From NCBI GenBank assembly GCA_012295275.1, contig CM022672.1, forward strand, positions 3,348,001 to 3,412,000: a DNA stretch of 64,000 nucleotides, in the 5' to 3' direction. A program made the position numbers and the translations under genes. This document shows positions 1-14,892 of this stretch, piece by piece. The notes beneath the pieces were generated by a model that had not been told where the DNA came from, ran no database searches, and was given only the letters and a program-made list of their open reading frames with translations. The DNA comes from Chrysomallon squamiferum. Lineage: Eukaryota; Animalia; Mollusca. The first letter of the stretch is position 1; each line of letters starts with the position of its first letter.

Positions 1-79
1 TGGACGTAACAAGGCATTCTCTCTTGATATGTATTTTGAAACAAATTTACAAATGCGTTGTTTACATTTTATTTTTCAG

Positions 80-130
80 GTTGTTCGTGGTAATAGCATT
101 GTTTTATTGGAGGCCCTAGACAGGATATGA
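80..130 (+). CDS. SNRPG: Terminal coding exon of small nuclear ribonucleoprotein G (Sm-G); rest of gene lies left of the window
   Basis: Acceptor ttttcag at 73-79, then VVRGNSIVLLEALDRI* (TGA 128-130), matching the Sm2 motif and C-terminus of SmG (human ...VVIRGNSIIMLEALERV). Confidence 0.9.
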   Translation, partial: VVRGNSIVLLEALDRI

Positions 131-231
131 TTTTTAATTTTCACAGAAAATGTTCTCGTAATTCATTCTCACATGACTGTTTTAAAAGCATTGTTCATTT
201 TCTCATGTACTGTTTTGTAATTTCCTTTGTA

Positions 232-237
232 AATAAA
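232..237 (+). promoter_or_regulatory. Candidate polyadenylation signal of SNRPG
   Basis: AATAAA about 100 nt after the stop, followed by GT-rich sequence (ttgtgttctgcttgtt). Confidence 0.6.
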
Positions 238-1099
238 CATTCTCAATCAACTAAATTGTGTTCTGCTTGTTGTACATAAAATAATAATTATTTAAAAGAC
301 GACATGGTCATACATGTTTTTCATTGACTTTATATTGTACTAAATGGAAAAAATTTCACATCTGTATGATTTTTATTATTTTTATTTGTATATTTATTTA
401 TTTTATTTTTGTATTTTACTTTTTTTTTTTGTATATATATATATATATTCATTCAAAAAATAAAGTAAAATACAAAAAAATATATATGTATGCCTCAACG
501 ATACAAAATATTTATTTAAATAATTTATTATTGTTTTATTATTTTATTTTATTTTTATTAATGAGCATGCATGTAGAAGCCTCTGTGGTACAAAATATAT
601 ATATTAAATAATGGACACCATAAGAACGAAGTTGGTAAAGTAAAATGTTTAATTAAAATAAATGATTAAAACAATTACCCCGATGCAATGCATTTGAAGT
701 GTGTTCATCGTTGTTCCATGGAGTTACCTCCTTAACAATATTCCTAATGTTGCTTGATACCTTGACAGATTCCAAAATGGTGTTAGAAGATGGTTTTCTG
801 TGTTCCTCGTGTTATTAATTTCACAGAGTATTGTTTTCTTGATGTTGATTAGAGTATACTTTTAGTTCCATCATTACAGAGTTTGATTCAGCTGTTTTTT
901 CTCGTTCCAGCCTGTGTTTTGCGACAGGTTTATCGGGTTTATTTTGTATGTAATTTATTTAATTCACAGTATAAATAAATAAATAAAGTACCCCGACTGA
1001 ATTAATTATATGAATAGTATCCATTCGAATTATAATGATAATTAAAAAATAAATACATATTTACGTCACAGGTTTTTAATATGAACATAAATAAGTATG

Positions 1100-1133
<34 letters not shown>

Positions 1134-1723
1134 TATACATTATGTCTTGAAGTTAAAATGTAGAGCACGAAACAAAAAAAAAAAAAACGACAGACAGAAA
1201 ACACATTTCTTTATTAAATGCATGGTGATATCACAAAAGTTTATTCATCATTCATCGTATAGTTTAAAAAAATATTTAAAAATTTCTCTATTCTTACTTG
1301 TGACTCATGAAATAAAGTGGTGCACTATACAGAAAATTTTGATTTAACTCGAGAATAGAAATAAGATCGGGCTAGAGGTCTAGGATTACTGTACCTGCCC
1401 GAGATGTAATAGATAGTTCCACACATTCAGTCCATTCAGTGACTGCGACTGATGGGAAGGTGCACATATACATAGCCGTAAGTACAATGGGGGCAAATAC
1501 CTCATACCGAAATTGAGGATTTTTTTATATTTATTATTTCTTTTTTTTTTTTAGATTTATTTATTGATTTATTTATTTATTATTATTATTATTTAGTACA
1601 ACGATTTTATTTTAAAACTATAAATCTCTATTCCGATAGAAACGATTTCCACTGAATTGCTTCGTTTATATCTACGATTACCGTTTGAAATCTGCCGATA
1701 TCGTTGCGACGAAAGACTTAGGT

Positions 1724-1922
<199 letters not shown>

Positions 1923-2383
1923 AGAGTATAGCATTGTTCACTTTAGAGTGTTATCGTGATATCGAACACTTTCACTTTTAAAAAAAAAATTATTATAATT
2001 TTATTTATATATTTATTACTTTTTTAATTTATTTTTTGTTCTGAGTGTTTTTCCACATTTATACTTTTGTTCGCATGTCTAGCGATGTCAAAAATAAACC
2101 GACGAAGCACTGATGAGTGTTGTAATATAATAAAATGAATGAACAAATACATTTTTGAAATTTTCATATTAACCTTTTACTTTAAAATAATCTATGATAT
2201 TAATTGAGTACTTTCAAACGAACTTCCGCTTTATATTTCTTTGTTATTAATATTATTTTATTCTTTTTTTTTTTTGGGGGGTGGGTGAATACTAAATTTT
2301 CAGATATAATTTTTGCAATTTTGGTAATTCTTCGTTTTGTAACAGTATATATTTATGTAATAATATACATCGTATCTGAAATT

Positions 2384-2417
<34 letters not shown>

Positions 2418-2616
2418 TCAAATAGATATAGATCAAACAGAGTGATTCAAAAGGATATATCAAACAAATTATTACAAATGTTTTTAATTATAACCGAATT
2501 AAAAAGCAAAACAAGACGATAAAGGTTCAAAAAAATAAAAAAATAAAAAATAATAAAACTAATAATAATAATAATAAAAATAATAATAACAATAATAATA
2601 ATAATAAATAAACAAC

Positions 2617-2673
<57 letters not shown>

Positions 2674-3291
2674 TAACAATAACAATAATTCGGCCACTTT
2701 CAGACGAACTGGCACGCTACGTAGTCCTATTTCTTGTGTCGTTAATCTCGAATACGCAGTGAAATCGCCGATGCCTCGACACGAACTGAACAAATTTGTT
2801 TGTCAAGACAGACTTCTGAAGCATCATAAATAAACTGTTAGTTAAAGTAGCTGTAGAAGAACAGGGCATACAAATGAGTGAGCGTTTTGTTTGTCGTCAC
2901 AACGCTTCATTATAGTGACAAAAATAATCATAATAAAAACGTGTTTTTATAACTACACAGCACGAATGAGGAAACATGAAGTCGTTATTCTACGGACTCT
3001 CCTTATTTCAGAAACATGTCATTCATGATTATGAACATTCCAACAAACAGGAATAAATGTATTTTGGGACAGACCTTTGGTTGAATTTTCTTAAACACAT
3101 ATGTATCTTTGCATTGTGTATATGTATGTATATATGAATGTATGTGTATGTATTTGTTTTTCTATCTATGTATGTTTTATGTATGTATATATGCTAGTGT
3201 TAACTGAAGTATGATGAATATGTTTTTTTAATGAATAACATTTTACAAGCACTTCCCATGGTATTAATATCTCCGATGTGGTAAATTTAAG

Positions 3292-4358
3292 TTACTGGTT
3301 GCTAGATCCAACCTGAAAACTCTCGTACTTCCCACTTTTCCTGTTAGATTCCATTTCGTTACTGCTTTCTGGCGAATGTTTTGCTGGCGTCTTAATACAG
3401 AGAAGTTCGTAAAAAGCATGTCTGAAGTTTACATTAAACCAACCGTAAAAGAGGGATTCACGCCCACGGATACCATGGCAACCAGTAAACAAATGGCGTA
3501 CATTAAATTAAAGTTCTTGTTGTGAAATAACAAATAGTCAAAATCGGCCGTAACGTTTAACGCAGTGATCGGCAGCCACGTAACAGAAAACGTCGTAGCT
3601 ACTGCCGTCAGCAAAAGAAGGTTGCGTCGATGTCGTCGGAAGTCTTTGAGAGCCCGTTTATTTTCCGCTTCCGTTACGGGATTGTCAGAAATGCGCATGC
3701 GTAAAAAGTGACAGATGCGACAGTGAAGTGCAGAGATGACGAGGCATGGACTCAGGTACTGCACGATCATGGCGAATGTGGTGTAAATTCCTCTCAGCGT
3801 ATCCGAGGACCAATCCTCCACACAAATGTTGTACAGATTCATGTCTGTCGCGTGGACGATATGCAGGAGAAAGACGGGTAGCGATAACAAGATGGCCGAA
3901 CACCAGATGAAACCGATCGTGAAGTAAATCCTGCGCTTTGTCTTGTCATGCCGTTCCCTCGTTCCGCAGACGATCGACTTGTATCGGTCGTAGGCGATGG
4001 CCACTATCGTGAACGTCGACACGAACACGTTGGCCACTTGTAACGTCGGACCCATCTTGCAGAAAAACGTGCCGAAGGGCCAGTTCTTCAGAGTCAAACG
4101 AATCAACGAAAACGGCATGCAAAACAAGCACATGATGATATCGCAGACCGAGAGATTGAGAATCAACAGATTCCGCGGAGATCTGAGATCGGTGTTCTTG
4201 TAGAGCACGATGCAGACCAAGCTGTTTCCGAACAGACCCAGCACGAGAACGATGCAGTAAGAAAGGACGAGCGCGACCTCGGTCTCCAGGCTAAACCAGT
4301 GGTCGTCCTCTTTCTCCATCCGAACGATGTTTCTGTACGTGGCGTTCACCTCGTCCAT
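3292..4358 (-). CDS. Class A neuropeptide GPCR, NPY/NPF/sNPF-receptor-like, intronless coding region, about 355 aa if a 1-nt frameshift at 3453-3455 is corrected
   Basis: Seven hydrophobic segments with GN (LFGNSLV), TM2 NLSVCD...MPFSL, WPFG..FCK, DRY, ECL2 CVEDW, TM6 WLP, and TM7 NP|LFYGWFNVNFR split between ORFs 3429-4385 and 3292-3492. Likely start ATG 4358 (MDEVNATY, with an N-glycosylation sequon). Confidence 0.88.
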
Positions 4359-5335
4359 CGTAAAGTGCCGAAATGCTTCGATCACGTGTCACTTTTCCGT
4401 TTTATCAATCAGTACGATGTGTAAACTCATCTAAAATAATAATTAAAAAAAAAAAAAAAATTAATAATAATAATAAAAAATTAAATTATAGTACTTCATT
4501 GACTACTAAATATAAGTTAATTCGATAAGGAAATAATCTGGTGTGTGTTTTACGTTCACTAATAAATAAACCATCAAATAAACAGCTAAGAAGTTCGGAC
4601 ATTTCTTGTATCCAGTCCGAGGATCAAAGACCGCGGTGGGTGTTTTCTTGTTTACAGGAAGAAGCATGTTAAAGATTATCTGACAGTAATCCACAGAAGT
4701 AGCCCATGGAAGATCAGCAGAGAGAACGCTAATCTCATAAATATTTTCATTTAAATAAGAAATTATATTCATTTATTCATTCTTGTCATTATATGCGTAT
4801 TTTTATTTCTGAATAGAAAAACTGTCCTTTTAGGGATGAAGTAAAAGCTTATATATGCTTTATAAAATTTTTCCACATTACCATCTCTCTAAAACCATGA
4901 GAAAACATTAACAACAACAAAACAATAATGTTACAAATACAATACACACAGGATAACACATTAACGTGTGACAAGAACGACTTCTACAAACATTTAATTA
5001 CATAAAACAAACATAACAGCAAGAAATCCATTGCAACAAAGCAAACAAAAGTAAATTGAGAAGTCATTTTATACCATTCTGTCATCTGTATTGAATGTCA
5101 GAATGAGAGACCGACTCAGTATTCAAGAAGTACGACAGTGTTAAATCGTCGTTAACAGAAATAACTAAACTTCCAGCAATGTATCTGTTTGTCAGATCAA
5201 GATGAGAACTAGCGATTTTAATGGTTAAGGGCCTGCAGCGATTTGTCAGTAATTTACTCAGTTTATGATTATTTTGTTTTGCAGGGTGAAAAAAAAAAAA
5301 ACCGTAATAGATTACCACAACCACCACCACAACTA

Positions 5336-5423
<88 letters not shown>

Positions 5424-5895
5424 TTTATTTATGTATTTATTTATTTCATTTGATTCGATATGCGGTATACAGTATCAGTTATTATCATTGCCAAATACTG
5501 AAAGAAACGAAAAGCGACCTTACAAACAGAAACAAAACATCGGCGTCGTAGTTTTCTCAGTTTTTGACGTCTACACAGTAAAAATCACAGATTAAAACCC
5601 GCTACACCGCAGAGTCCGGAAACGAAATAACAGAAATTTCCGCTTTAACAAAATCCAAATTACTGTGATAGCGGCTTTCAAAGTGTTCGTCTTGCTCGTT
5701 GCTTTAGAGGCCATGTCAGAACACAACCGAGGCCAAATGTTACAGTCCTAGAATGTTGACGACAGATGAATCTTTGTATCGATTCTTTTGATCTGGATTT
5801 TTTTATGAAAGTTAATTGGCAAACATTTTGTTGTTAACTGTACAAAGATGTCCAGTAATGTATTTATTTGCCAAAGTTGAAAAAGAGAGTATGTC

Positions 5896-6012
<117 letters not shown>

Positions 6013-6529
6013 GTCTCTCTGTTTCATTATCCATTTACCTACCTCTTTTTCTCTCCCTCTTTCATTATCCCTATATCCATCCATCTCTCTCTCTGTTTCT
6101 CTCACACTCACCCTTTCAAAATTTGTTTTGTAATTACACATCGATTTCTGACATCAAATGTATAGTGACTGTCATATAAAGTCAACCCGCAGCATTTTCC
6201 CATTAGCCTGAATGCATCATCATTCATGCTTATCTTGCCGTATACAGGAAAGCATATAGGCTGGATTGGGAAACTGCTCAATGGGTGATTAGAGAAGGAT
6301 TATTTCTGCGACATTTACACCACAGAGCTACAACTGGCTGCATAACTCACAAACATACACACACACACACACACATACACATACACGCACACACACACGG
6401 ATATATACACACACACCAACGCATACACACACACACATATATTTGAAATCATAAACTCACACGTACAAATAAATGTGTAATTAAACATAAAACTGATTTG
6501 TTTTTCTAATGGTCGAGCCTGCCTTTTAC

Positions 6530-7175
6530 TACTGCTACTATAACACCACGACTACCATCACTGTCACTACTTCTAATGATACTACTACCACCACCACCAC
6601 TACTTCTGATGATACTACTGCCACCACCACTACCATCACTGTCACTACTTCTAATGATACTACTACCACCACCACTACCATCACTGTCACTACTTCTAAT
6701 GATACTACTACCACCACCACTACCCACCATGATACCTGCCACCACCACTACCATCATCACTGTCACTACTTCTAATGATACTACTGTCACCATCACTACT
6801 TCTGATGATACTACTGCCACCACCACCACCATCACTGTCACCATGCCACCACCACTACCATCACTGTCACTACTTCTAATGATGATACTACCACCACCAC
6901 TACCATCCACCACCACTACCATCACTGTCACTACTTCTAATGATTCTAATGATACCATCACTGTCACCACCATGACTACCATCACTGTCACTACTTCTAA
7001 TGATACACTGCCACCACGACTACCACCACTACTGCCACCACGACTACCATCACTGTCACTACTTCTGATGATACTACTACCACCACCACTACCATCACTT
7101 TTGCTACTGCTACTGATATTAATACTGATGCTTCTGTTGCTATTACTATTACTACCACTACTACTGCTACTACTA
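6530..7175. repeat. Compound triplet-derived minisatellite, about 45-bp unit CCACCACCACTACCATCACTGTCACTACTTCTAATGATACTACTA
   Basis: The block accatcactgtcactacttctaatgatact recurs roughly 8-10 times with CCA/CTA run variation. Confidence 0.85.
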
Positions 7176-7665
7176 TTACCTATACACAAATGCACATACA
7201 TACATACATACATACATAAATATGTGTGTGTGTGTGTGTATGTCAAGATCAAAACATATTTCGTATTAAATAAAAACAAATTGATGCGTCATTTATTAGT
7301 CATTATAAAGATAAGGCCACATAAAATAATTTGCTTGGTTTTAATCAGAAGTGTTGCTGCAAAATGTCCGCCAGAGAAATTACTTGACGTTAACATTTTC
7401 AGAAAATTATAACCTTCAGGGCTCTTTGTAAATTTATAATTTCGAATTTTCTCTGTTAAAATCTAATCTATTTTTTATTTTATTTTTTCTCCCTGCGTTT
7501 GTGCTTTCTGATAAAAAACGGAAAACCGGGCTAGATCGGGTCAAGATTTGACAGGAACTGGAATGGTTGAAGAATGCCATGCACAGAAGTTTTTAGATCT
7601 AACAAATTTTGATTTTATGTGAACAAAACTCTGCATTCACAAATTTATAATTTATGTATAAAAAT

Positions 7666-7725
<60 letters not shown>

Positions 7726-7859
7726 ACCTAGCTGCTGATTAGAATCAAACTATTTTTAGCAACATAATTATTGAAAAATTATCATTAAATCAGAATGCAA
7801 TAAAATAACAATAGAATATATCGGCATTTCCTAGACGTCAACTGAAATTGAAACTTAAC

Positions 7860-7905
<46 letters not shown>

Positions 7906-9135
7906 TGTGATTATTATATACATTTGTTGTGTTGTTGCTGTTGTTATTGTTTCTATATACAAACATATATATACATATATAAACATATAAACATATATAT
8001 ATATATATATATATACATGAGAGAAAGAGAGTAAATATTTTCATTTAAATAAATTCCAAACAAATATATTTAATATATAAAAAGGAACGAAAAGTAATAC
8101 TTTTATTTGTTGTTGTTGACAAGCTATTAAAAAATACAGCCAAATAAGTTACTTTGAGATAGAAAATAAGTAAGACAAATTTTATTTCTTAAATGTTACA
8201 AATGACTCTAATATTTTCTCTTTTTGATCTTACTTTAATCAATAATGTTTTTAAAAAAAATGCGAAAAATAATAATTAAAAAGACAAATACACAAACAAT
8301 TAACTATATTAAGATAGAAATTTTGAATGTGAAATTCAGTACTACAAAATTATTATAATATTTTACGAGGGATTTTCGAATGGTATTGATAAAAATATGA
8401 AAACACAAAACAAAAATTATTTTAACAAAAGTAAAATAATGCCACAACAATGCGTTAACACCGTCTTCGGCGCTTCTTGCCAAAACAACTTTAAAAAAAC
8501 AACAACAACTTACGTAAAAATGTTAACTCCGAAAAAACATCACCAGTGCTTAATCCAAAACTGGCCACGAGTTACTCCGACGTCAACCGATGGCGAGTCC
8601 GCAACTGTCGGTATCTTCCGCCGAACTGTTGATGACACCCACACAAAACACACGTTCAAGCAGATCGGTCAACAGAAATCTATCAGAAAACTGCTTGCTA
8701 ACGAACAATAGTTATAACGATTTTTATTTTTATTTTTATTTTTATTTTTTTGTTTTTCTTGAGGCTTCTAGGCACTAAATGTGAAAATTATAGGCAGGAA
8801 TATTAAATTTAAAAGAGAGTGCTTAGAAGATTTTTTTTTTCTTAAAAGCTGTTGTTGCGTTATTGTTGTGGTACCTGTTTTTATTACTGTTAGTAGCTGT
8901 AGTGGTGGTAGTGCTAGTAGTAGTGGTAGAGGTAGTGGTAGTAATAGCAGCAGCAGTGTCAGTAGCAATAGTAGTAATAGTAATAATAATAATGGTGGTA
9001 GCCGTAGTAATGGTAATAGTAGTATTAGTAATATTGGTGGTAAATGTGGTAGTAATAGTAATTGCAGGTAACATGGGGCCGAAATGATTTCTGAATATAG
9101 GCTAAATCTTAACTTAAAAATTTATATTAAAAAAG

Positions 9136-9181
<46 letters not shown>

Positions 9182-9288
9182 TAATAATAATAATAAAGAA
9201 TGAAACTGTTCTTAACAGATAGAAGTTAGTATACTTCAAAAACAGCGTCTCACTGACCTCCATTAATTCATTGTTGTTTTTTAGTGCG

Positions 9289-11537
9289 TGTACAGAACAC
9301 GTTTTCGGTGGCAGACTGGGTTTCCTGGTTGTCTCTGTACAGAACACGTTTTCACTGGCAGACTGGGTTTCCTGGTTGTCTCTGTACAGAACATTTTCAC
9401 TGGCATACTGGGTTTCTTGGTTGTCTCTGTACAGAACACGTTTTCACTGGCAGACTGGGTTTCCTGGTTGTCTCTGTACAGAACACGTTTTCACTAGCAG
9501 ACTGGGTTTCCTTGTTGTCTCTGTACAGAACACGTTTTCACTGGCAGACTGGGTTTCCTGGTTGTCTCTGTACAGAACACGTTTTCACTGGCAGACTGGG
9601 TTTCCTGGTTGTCTCTGTACAGAACACGTTTTCACTGGCAGACTGGGTTTCTTCTTTGTCTGTGTACAGAACACGTTTTCACTGGCAGACTGGGTTTCCT
9701 GGTTGTCTCTGTACAGAACACGTTTTCACTGGCAGACTGGGTTTCCTGGTTGTCTCTGTACAGAACACGTTTTCATTGGCAGACTGGGTTTCCTGGTTGT
9801 CTCTGTACAGAACACGTTTTCACTGGCAGACTGGGTTTCCTGATTGTCTCTGTACAGAACACGTTTTCACTGACAGACTGGGTTTCCTGGTTGTCTCTGT
9901 ACAGAACACGTTTTCACTGGCAGACTGGGTTTCCTGGTTGTCTCTGTACAGAACACGTTTTCACTGGCAGACTGGGTTTTCCTGGTTGTCTCTGTACAGA
10001 ACACGTTTTCACTGGCAGACTGGGTTTCCTGATTGTCTCTGTACAGAACACGTTTTCACTGACAGACTGGGTTTCCTGGTTGTCTCTGTACAGAACACGT
10101 TTTCACTGGCAGACTGGGTTTCCTGGTTGTCTCTGTACAGAACACGTTTTCACTGGCAGACTGGGTTTCCTGATTGTCTCTGTACAGAACACGTTTTCAC
10201 TGGCAGACTGGGTTTCCTGGTTGTCTCTGTACAGAACACGTTTTCACTAGCAGACTGGGTTTCCTTGTTGTCTCTGTAAAGAACACGTTTTCACTGGCAG
10301 ACTGGGTTTCCTGGTTGCCTCTGTACAGAACACGTTTTCACTGGCAGACTGGGTTTCCTGGTTGTCTCTGTACAGAACATTTTCACTGGCATACTGGGTT
10401 TCTTGGTTGTCTCTGTACAGAACACGTTTTCACTGGCAGACTGGGTTTCCTGGTTGTCTCTGTACAGAACACGTTTTCACTAGCAGACTGGGTTTCCTTT
10501 GTTGTCTCTGTACAGAACACGTTTTCACTGGCAGACTTTTTTCCTGGTTGTTCTGTACAGAACACGTTTTCACTGGCAGACTGGGTTTCCTGGTTGTCTG
10601 TACAGAACACGTTTTCACTGGCAGACTGGGTTTCTTCTTTGTCTGTATACAGAACACGTTTTCACTGGTGGACTGGGTTTCCTGGTTGTCTCTGTACAGA
10701 ACACGTTTTCACTGGCAGACTGGGTTTCCTGATTGTCTCTGTACAGAACACGTTTTCACTAGCAGACTGGGTTTCTTGGTTGTCTCTGTACAGAACACGT
10801 TTTCACTGGCAGACTGGGTTTCCTGGTTGTCTCTGTACAGAACACGTTTTCACTGGCAGACTGGGTTTCCTGGTTGTCTCTGTACAGAACACGTTTTCAC
10901 TAGCAGACTGGGTTTCCTGGTTGTCTCTGTACAGAACACGTTTTCACTGGCAGACTGGGTTTCTTCTTTGTCTGTGTACAGAACACGTTTTCACTGGCAG
11001 ACTGGGTTTCCTGGTTGTCTCTGTACAGAACACGTTTTCACTGGCAGACTGGGTTTCCTGTTTGTCTCTGTACAGAACACGTTTTCACTGGCAGACTGGG
11101 TTTCCTTGTTGTCTCTGTACAGAACACGTTTTCACTGGCAGACTGGGTTTCCTGGTTGTCTCTGTACAGAACACGTTTTCACTGGCAGACTGGGTTTCCT
11201 GGTTGTCTCTGTACAGAACATTTTCACTGGCATACTGGGTTTCCTGATTGTCTCTGTACAGAACACGTTTTCACTGGCAGACTGGGTTTCCTGGTTGTCT
11301 CTGTACAGAACACGTTTTCACTAGCAGACTGGGTTTCCTTGTTGTCTCTGTAAAGAACACGTTTTCACTGGCAGACTGGGTTTCCTGGTTGCCTCTGTAC
11401 AGAACACGTTTTCACTGGCAGACTGGGTTTCCTGGTTGTCTCTGTACAGAACATTTTCACTGGCATACTGGGTTTCTTGGTTGTCTCTGTACAGAACACG
11501 TTTTCACTGGCAGACTGGGTTTCTTGGTTGTCTCTGT
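9289..11537. repeat. Tandem minisatellite, 47-bp unit GTACAGAACACGTTTTCACTGGCAGACTGGGTTTCCTGGTTGTCTCT, about 48 copies
   Basis: tacagaacac at 9291 and 9338 gives a period of 47. Copies are head-to-tail and near-identical, with no unique spacers. Confidence 0.97.
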
Positions 11538-13751
11538 TGGACATGATAATAAATGAAAATTTGAGTAAACTGACACGAATAACTTACTGAGAGAGGATCA
11601 CGTGAACACAGCAACGCTAAGTGTTATCAATACCTCACTGAAATCATTCCGACAGCTGGCTGATCAGTTTTCATGGTATTCACTTACCTGTGTATGAAAA
11701 GTTGTTTATAAAACATCCACTGTTATTGATCTTTTTTTTTTTTAATTAAAATATTGTTTTAAAAAGAAGAAATTGTAATATTAGAAACGATAGCAACAAA
11801 AGCAACAAAAACAGCATTAATAATAATAATAAACATTAATAGTGAAAATCAATAATAGTTACAGTTGAAAATGATCTAATTAACATTCTCAAAACAGATC
11901 TGTCGGGAAAACAACCCATCAAGAGCCAAACACAAAAAAAAACAACAACAACAAAACAAACAAAAAAAAATTTTTTACTTTTTTATTTTATTTTTATTTT
12001 TTATTGGAAACGGAATCCATTTTGTCTTTCATTAAATGAAGCCATACCATTGTTTGAAATGCTTTCATTATAACCTTACCCGTGCTCTGTGGCAGTGAAG
12101 CAAAGAATACATGTGATTAGAAAAACAGTTGAAAAAAAGAAGATAAGAAATGATGGTAAAGGATTAGAATGACGGACGAATAATAACGTGGACTATTGTT
12201 TTTTTAATAATTAAACATTTACACGAGATTTTGGTTCTTTATCGTTATAATTTATTTTATTTTATTTTATTTTTAATTTTTTTATTTGATTATGTTGTTT
12301 TAAACAAAATAATAATAATAATAATAATAGTAATAATAATAAAATCCACAAAATCAAAAAAAAACAGTTAACGTGAAATAAGAAGATTAAATGACCATAG
12401 AAGAAAAAAAAAAAAACAAAAAAAAACAACAACACAATAATAAATAAATAAATAAATAAACAAATATTTTATCGAAAATCTGTTGAACATCCATGTTTTG
12501 TTTACGATGTTAAAAGAACCGGAAGACGGACAATTAGCCGATGACTGTTCAGCCGGCCTGAAGATCTCTGTGAGATCGAGGCGAAGCTAGACCCTATCCG
12601 TGGCTAATAGAAAAATGATTTCTTGCTGGCTTGCCGCTGATTAGTCTAGAAGCTATTCCTCCCAGGAGAATATGTTTTCTGCTCATCGCGTGTAATTAGC
12701 TGCAACGGCGGAGGCCGAACAGTTCGAATTACTGGTACTCGTTCGGTCATTAAGAAATTGGAAACGGCCAGTTTTACAGTTCATTAAACGAAACGAAAGG
12801 TAGAAAAACAGTGGAAAAAAAAAAAAAAAAAAAGAATTAGAATCCGATCTCTGACCAGAGTTAATATAAACTTCAGTGATGATTGCTTTTTCACTGGTTT
12901 TTTTTTTTTTTTTTTTTCATAACAAATCTTGGGTTTCTTTTCGGAAAATGTTTTATTTAAGTGGAGTAATCAAAGGATTTGTTTACAAAGGAAATAGTAA
13001 ACAGATGCAGTTGGTTAGAAAAAAACGAATGGATAGTTTAACTTAATTACAAGAAATAATAATAATAATAATAATTAAAATAATAATAACAACATCCACT
13101 GTATGTATGCAAAACGACTTTGTCCCATCGCAAGATATCAAAATGTGTTATCAAGTTATTTCTTTATCTTTATTACTTTTAGAGTTCTCTCTCTCTCTCC
13201 CTCTTTTTCTCTCTCTCTTTCTCTCTCTCATCCACCCACCCATACACACACAAAAACTCAAAGAACGAAAACACATATACATAAACAAATAAATATATAA
13301 ACACACATATATGTCTGTCTTTCTACATCTATGTATATATGTATGTATGTATTTATGTATAAAGATTTGTGTATATATACATATATACAGACATACAGAC
13401 AGACACACATACTACCATACATACATATCTACATACATACATACGTACGTACGTACGTACAAAGTTAAGTTAATTAGTAGAAGATTATAATATCTATTCA
13501 TTACAGACGTTAATTCGGTGCATTTGTTAATTGTAACCTGTGTTATTGAGAGAGAAGTAAGAACGTGGCTAGTTAATTAACATACATGTTATCAGCGCGG
13601 TGGTAGGCAGGCAGGCTAACAACAACGTACGTGTGTCTTGACGTACGACGTTGTCTGATGACCGAGTCATATCGTCGTCGTCCGAATGAATTCATACATA
13701 CAGACAGACAGACAGACAGACAGACATATAAATATGTATTTACAGACACAT

Positions 13752-13784
<33 letters not shown>

Positions 13785-14440
13785 TACACACAATTATATA
13801 CACAAACACACAAATACAAATACATACATACATAAGTATAATAAAGAAAAAGTTAATTAAGAAAATAGTGAAAGAAATGCCAGACAAAGGTATTCAAAAA
13901 TAATCCCGTTTAAATAACTTTTTTTAATTTTTTATTTGGACTTAAATTGATTAAGCCCAGAAAAACGTCTTGCCAAATTCTCGATCTCTCCTCGCTTTTG
14001 TACAATTACAATTTTCTCAACTTCCCGTTCTCATCAAAAATGTCCGTTGTTATTATTCCTTAATAAACACATCAAAGCACCAAGGCCAATTCACTGATGC
14101 ATTAGTCGGGATTGGTTGACCGGTAAAGGAATCAGAGATTGTTATAAACACTCGTGTCAGCAAGTAATGATTCACTGACCTGTCACACAGAAAACATTCA
14201 ATACTGCCTGCACGTTCCGTTTTAGGTTCCATTAACTTTTATGCCGAATCAGTCGTTTTGTTGATGATATAACTCACAGAGCAGTGAGACAGATCTCTTA
14301 CGAGTGAAACGTTACAAGTGCAGACCATACGTCTGAAAAAGATTTCACTAATTTTAGCTTCTTCGAGTTGGTTTTCTATCAAATGTTAATGGCTTTTGTT
14401 GGCGTGATTGTTGTTGCTGTTGTTGTTGTTTTGACTTTCT

Positions 14441-14479
<39 letters not shown>

Positions 14480-14860
14480 GTTCTTTTCTTCTTCTTTTCT
14501 ATTTCTTTTTCTTTTCCCCCTTCTGTGTAATCTTTTCTCACCATCAAGAAAAACAAATCGAAAACCAGTTTGTGACATTAATTGACGATCTTTCGTGTGA
14601 TTATATTTATCACACTGTCATCATAAACTTCCATCATCACCTCCACCATTGTCATCAGTATTACTGTTGATAGTATTTTTTACTGGTTTTGTTCTCTTTT
14701 TTGTTCTTTTTTTATTTATTACTGTTATAATAGTTAGTAGCGTACTAGTAGGAGTAATAGAAAATCAGCAGCTGTACATATGATGCTGTGGTTTTGTTAT
14801 AAGGTAGCAGTAGCAGTATTTCTTCATCTTCTTCTTCTTCTTCTTCTTATTATTATTATT

Positions 14861-14892
<32 letters not shown>

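Noticed and set aside
6506-7412. 257-278 aa Gly/Ser-, Thr- or Pro/Leu-rich ORFs
   Set aside because: Translations of a triplet-derived minisatellite open in several frames, with no splice or domain support.
9289-11537. 47-bp array as a CRISPR array or as long Cys/His-rich proteins
   Set aside because: Units are contiguous with no unique spacers, no cas genes are present and the context is eukaryotic. The ORFs arise because the unit has no stop codon and 47 is not a multiple of 3.
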